Source of the DNA: Felis catus
Taxonomy: Eukaryota
Reading direction: 5' to 3'
NCBI RefSeq assembly: GCF_018350175.1
Contig: NC_058368.1
Location: 24,492,001 to 24,556,000, forward strand
Length of the DNA: 64,000 nt
The notes below the pieces were generated by a model that saw only the letters and a program-made list of their open reading frames with translations, searched no databases and was not told where the DNA came from. A program made the position numbers and the translations under genes. Below, in pieces: positions 62,331-64,000 of the stretch. Each line of letters starts with the position of its first letter. The stretch's first letter is position 1.

Positions 62331-62782
62331 CAGTAGTGCCCCCTTACCTGTCGGGGATACGTGCCTAGACCCCCAGTAGATGCCCGAAACCACAAATAGC
62401 AGTGAACCCTACATATACTGTGTCCTTTCTATACATACACACCTGTGATAAAGTTTATCTTATGAACCAGGCACGGTAAGAGATTAACAAGAAAAATAAT
62501 AAAATAGGACAATTTTATCACTATACTATAATAAAAGCTATGGGAGTGTGGTCTCTTTGTCCTTCTCAGAAGGTCTGACCGCACTCTACTCCTCCTTCCT
62601 GTGAGGACAGGAGATAAGCAAATGCCCATGTGATGAGACGAAATGCAGTTGACGACGCAGCAGGCACCGTGACGTAGTGTCACACTACTACTGACCTTGG
62701 GAAGGTGCCTCAGAGGGAGGATCACCTGCCTCTGGCAAATGACACTATGGGAAGAGCAACCACAGATAAGGGAGGGCTAATG
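62331..62782 (+). mobile_element. MER44-like TcMar-Tigger fossil
   Basis: Termini cagtagtgcccccttacc / gataagggagggctaatg. Internal agacccccagtagatgcccgaaacc...ggcacggtaagagattaacaa. Confidence 0.85.
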
Positions 62783-64000
62783 AAATGTGCTTCTGATTCC
62801 TGACTAATAAATGCCACAAAAGAAAAAAAGAAAAGCATTTACTAAGAGACCCGTTCCTAAATCAGGGACCATCTAAAACTTAACTTGAGTCAAACACCTC
62901 CTCTCGGGCACCCACAATATGTTCCAACACCCTTGCTGATTTCCTTCTTCTACGATGTCTTTCCCATACTGCAAGGTGATCAGGAGTGTCCTAAGGGGTT
63001 GTCTAATCCACCTTGATTCATCAGTGCCAAAAATCAATTATCAAGCCTCAATATTTTTTCCCTTAATAGGAATAAACAATCCGCACATTCTAATTGCAAA
63101 GCAACCTATCCGGCCTTTGCAGAACGCAAATATTCATGTCTTCTTTACAGAAATGTGCCGTTCCGTGACTAACGGAAGTGTGACACATAAGGTCAGGAAC
63201 AAAGATGGCTCCTAAGGCCATCCCTCCACTCTCCTCTACAATCAGGACAAATGGAGATAAACTTCATCTTCAGGAAGCAGTATGCCGAGGGAGGTGTTGT
63301 TAGAACATTTACAACATCAGCAACTGAGATTGGTAAAGAAAGGTCTAGTCTTACAGGCTTCTTGTAGCATCTTCTTATAGCATTTGATCCTTAGCAAACC
63401 ATGCATCTCAAGGGTCTCAGCTAGAAGGTATAACTGAGGTCATTTAATGGCCTACTTATTCCTCGATGTCCTGATAAAGACATCAAGACCCAGTTGAGAG
63501 TCTCTGTCCCCTCTGCTGAAGCTGAAACAAAACCCTGGGTGACGTGAACCACATCTACACAAAATGTCTAACAATCCTTTCTGCTTGGGGAGACCTGATG
63601 CTAGGGAGAGCTGCTGGTGTGGACAAAATACAGCAGGACCCTATCCTGACCCCCATACACATACTGCTGCGGCTACGGCCCAATTCCAAAACCCAGGGAA
63701 GGAATTCAATCACAGTTGGCTGAAAGAACAAACAAATGAGTGACATTCTCCTCAGCCTTGCTAGGGCTGTTCCTGGCTGTCAACCACATGTGACAGGCAG
63801 CCATGGACCCCGTGTGTGGCCTTCCCTAAGGCTTTCTGGGCAACAAGTACCATAGTGAATTTAGCAAAATGTGCCATCTCTGTGGTCACACCCACCGGTC
63901 TTTCTCCTGTCATTGTCTTGCCCTCTCTTTAATCTAACAGTCATGTGTTTTGTGTCTCCTATAGGTCAAACTATTTCTAGCCACTACACTATCAATACAC

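Noticed and set aside
63355..63420. 66-nt symmetric minus-strand exon candidate (ETLEMHGLLRIKCYKKMLQEA)
   Set aside because: Weak donor (CCT|gtaaga), short pyrimidine tract and an unrecognised peptide.

Overview
This is mammalian genomic DNA, almost certainly from a felid (cat-like). The evidence is about 38 tRNA-derived carnivore CAN-SINEs (SINEC_Fc type), several very young and CpG-rich with intact target-site duplications (TSDs), plus a felid-type L1 3' end. The window also holds the usual older eutherian repeats: MIR, L2, L1M fragments, two MLT1 (ERVL-MaLR) solo LTRs, and DNA-transposon fossils resembling Charlie1, MER53, MER82, Tigger2a and MER44. There are several microsatellites, a ~255-bp polypurine tract and a 10 x 31-bp minisatellite. 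No ORF in the six-frame track is a recognisable protein; the longer ones mostly come from SINEs, simple repeats or the minisatellite. The + strand looks A-rich and 7 of 8 L1 fragments lie on +, which suggests a large intron of a minus-strand gene that I cannot name. A few small minus-strand exon candidates exist, the best at 2648-2697. I found no support for a novel multi-gene system, CRISPR array or RNA gene. Repeat family names come from recalled consensus similarity rather than a database search, and boundaries of old repeats are approximate.
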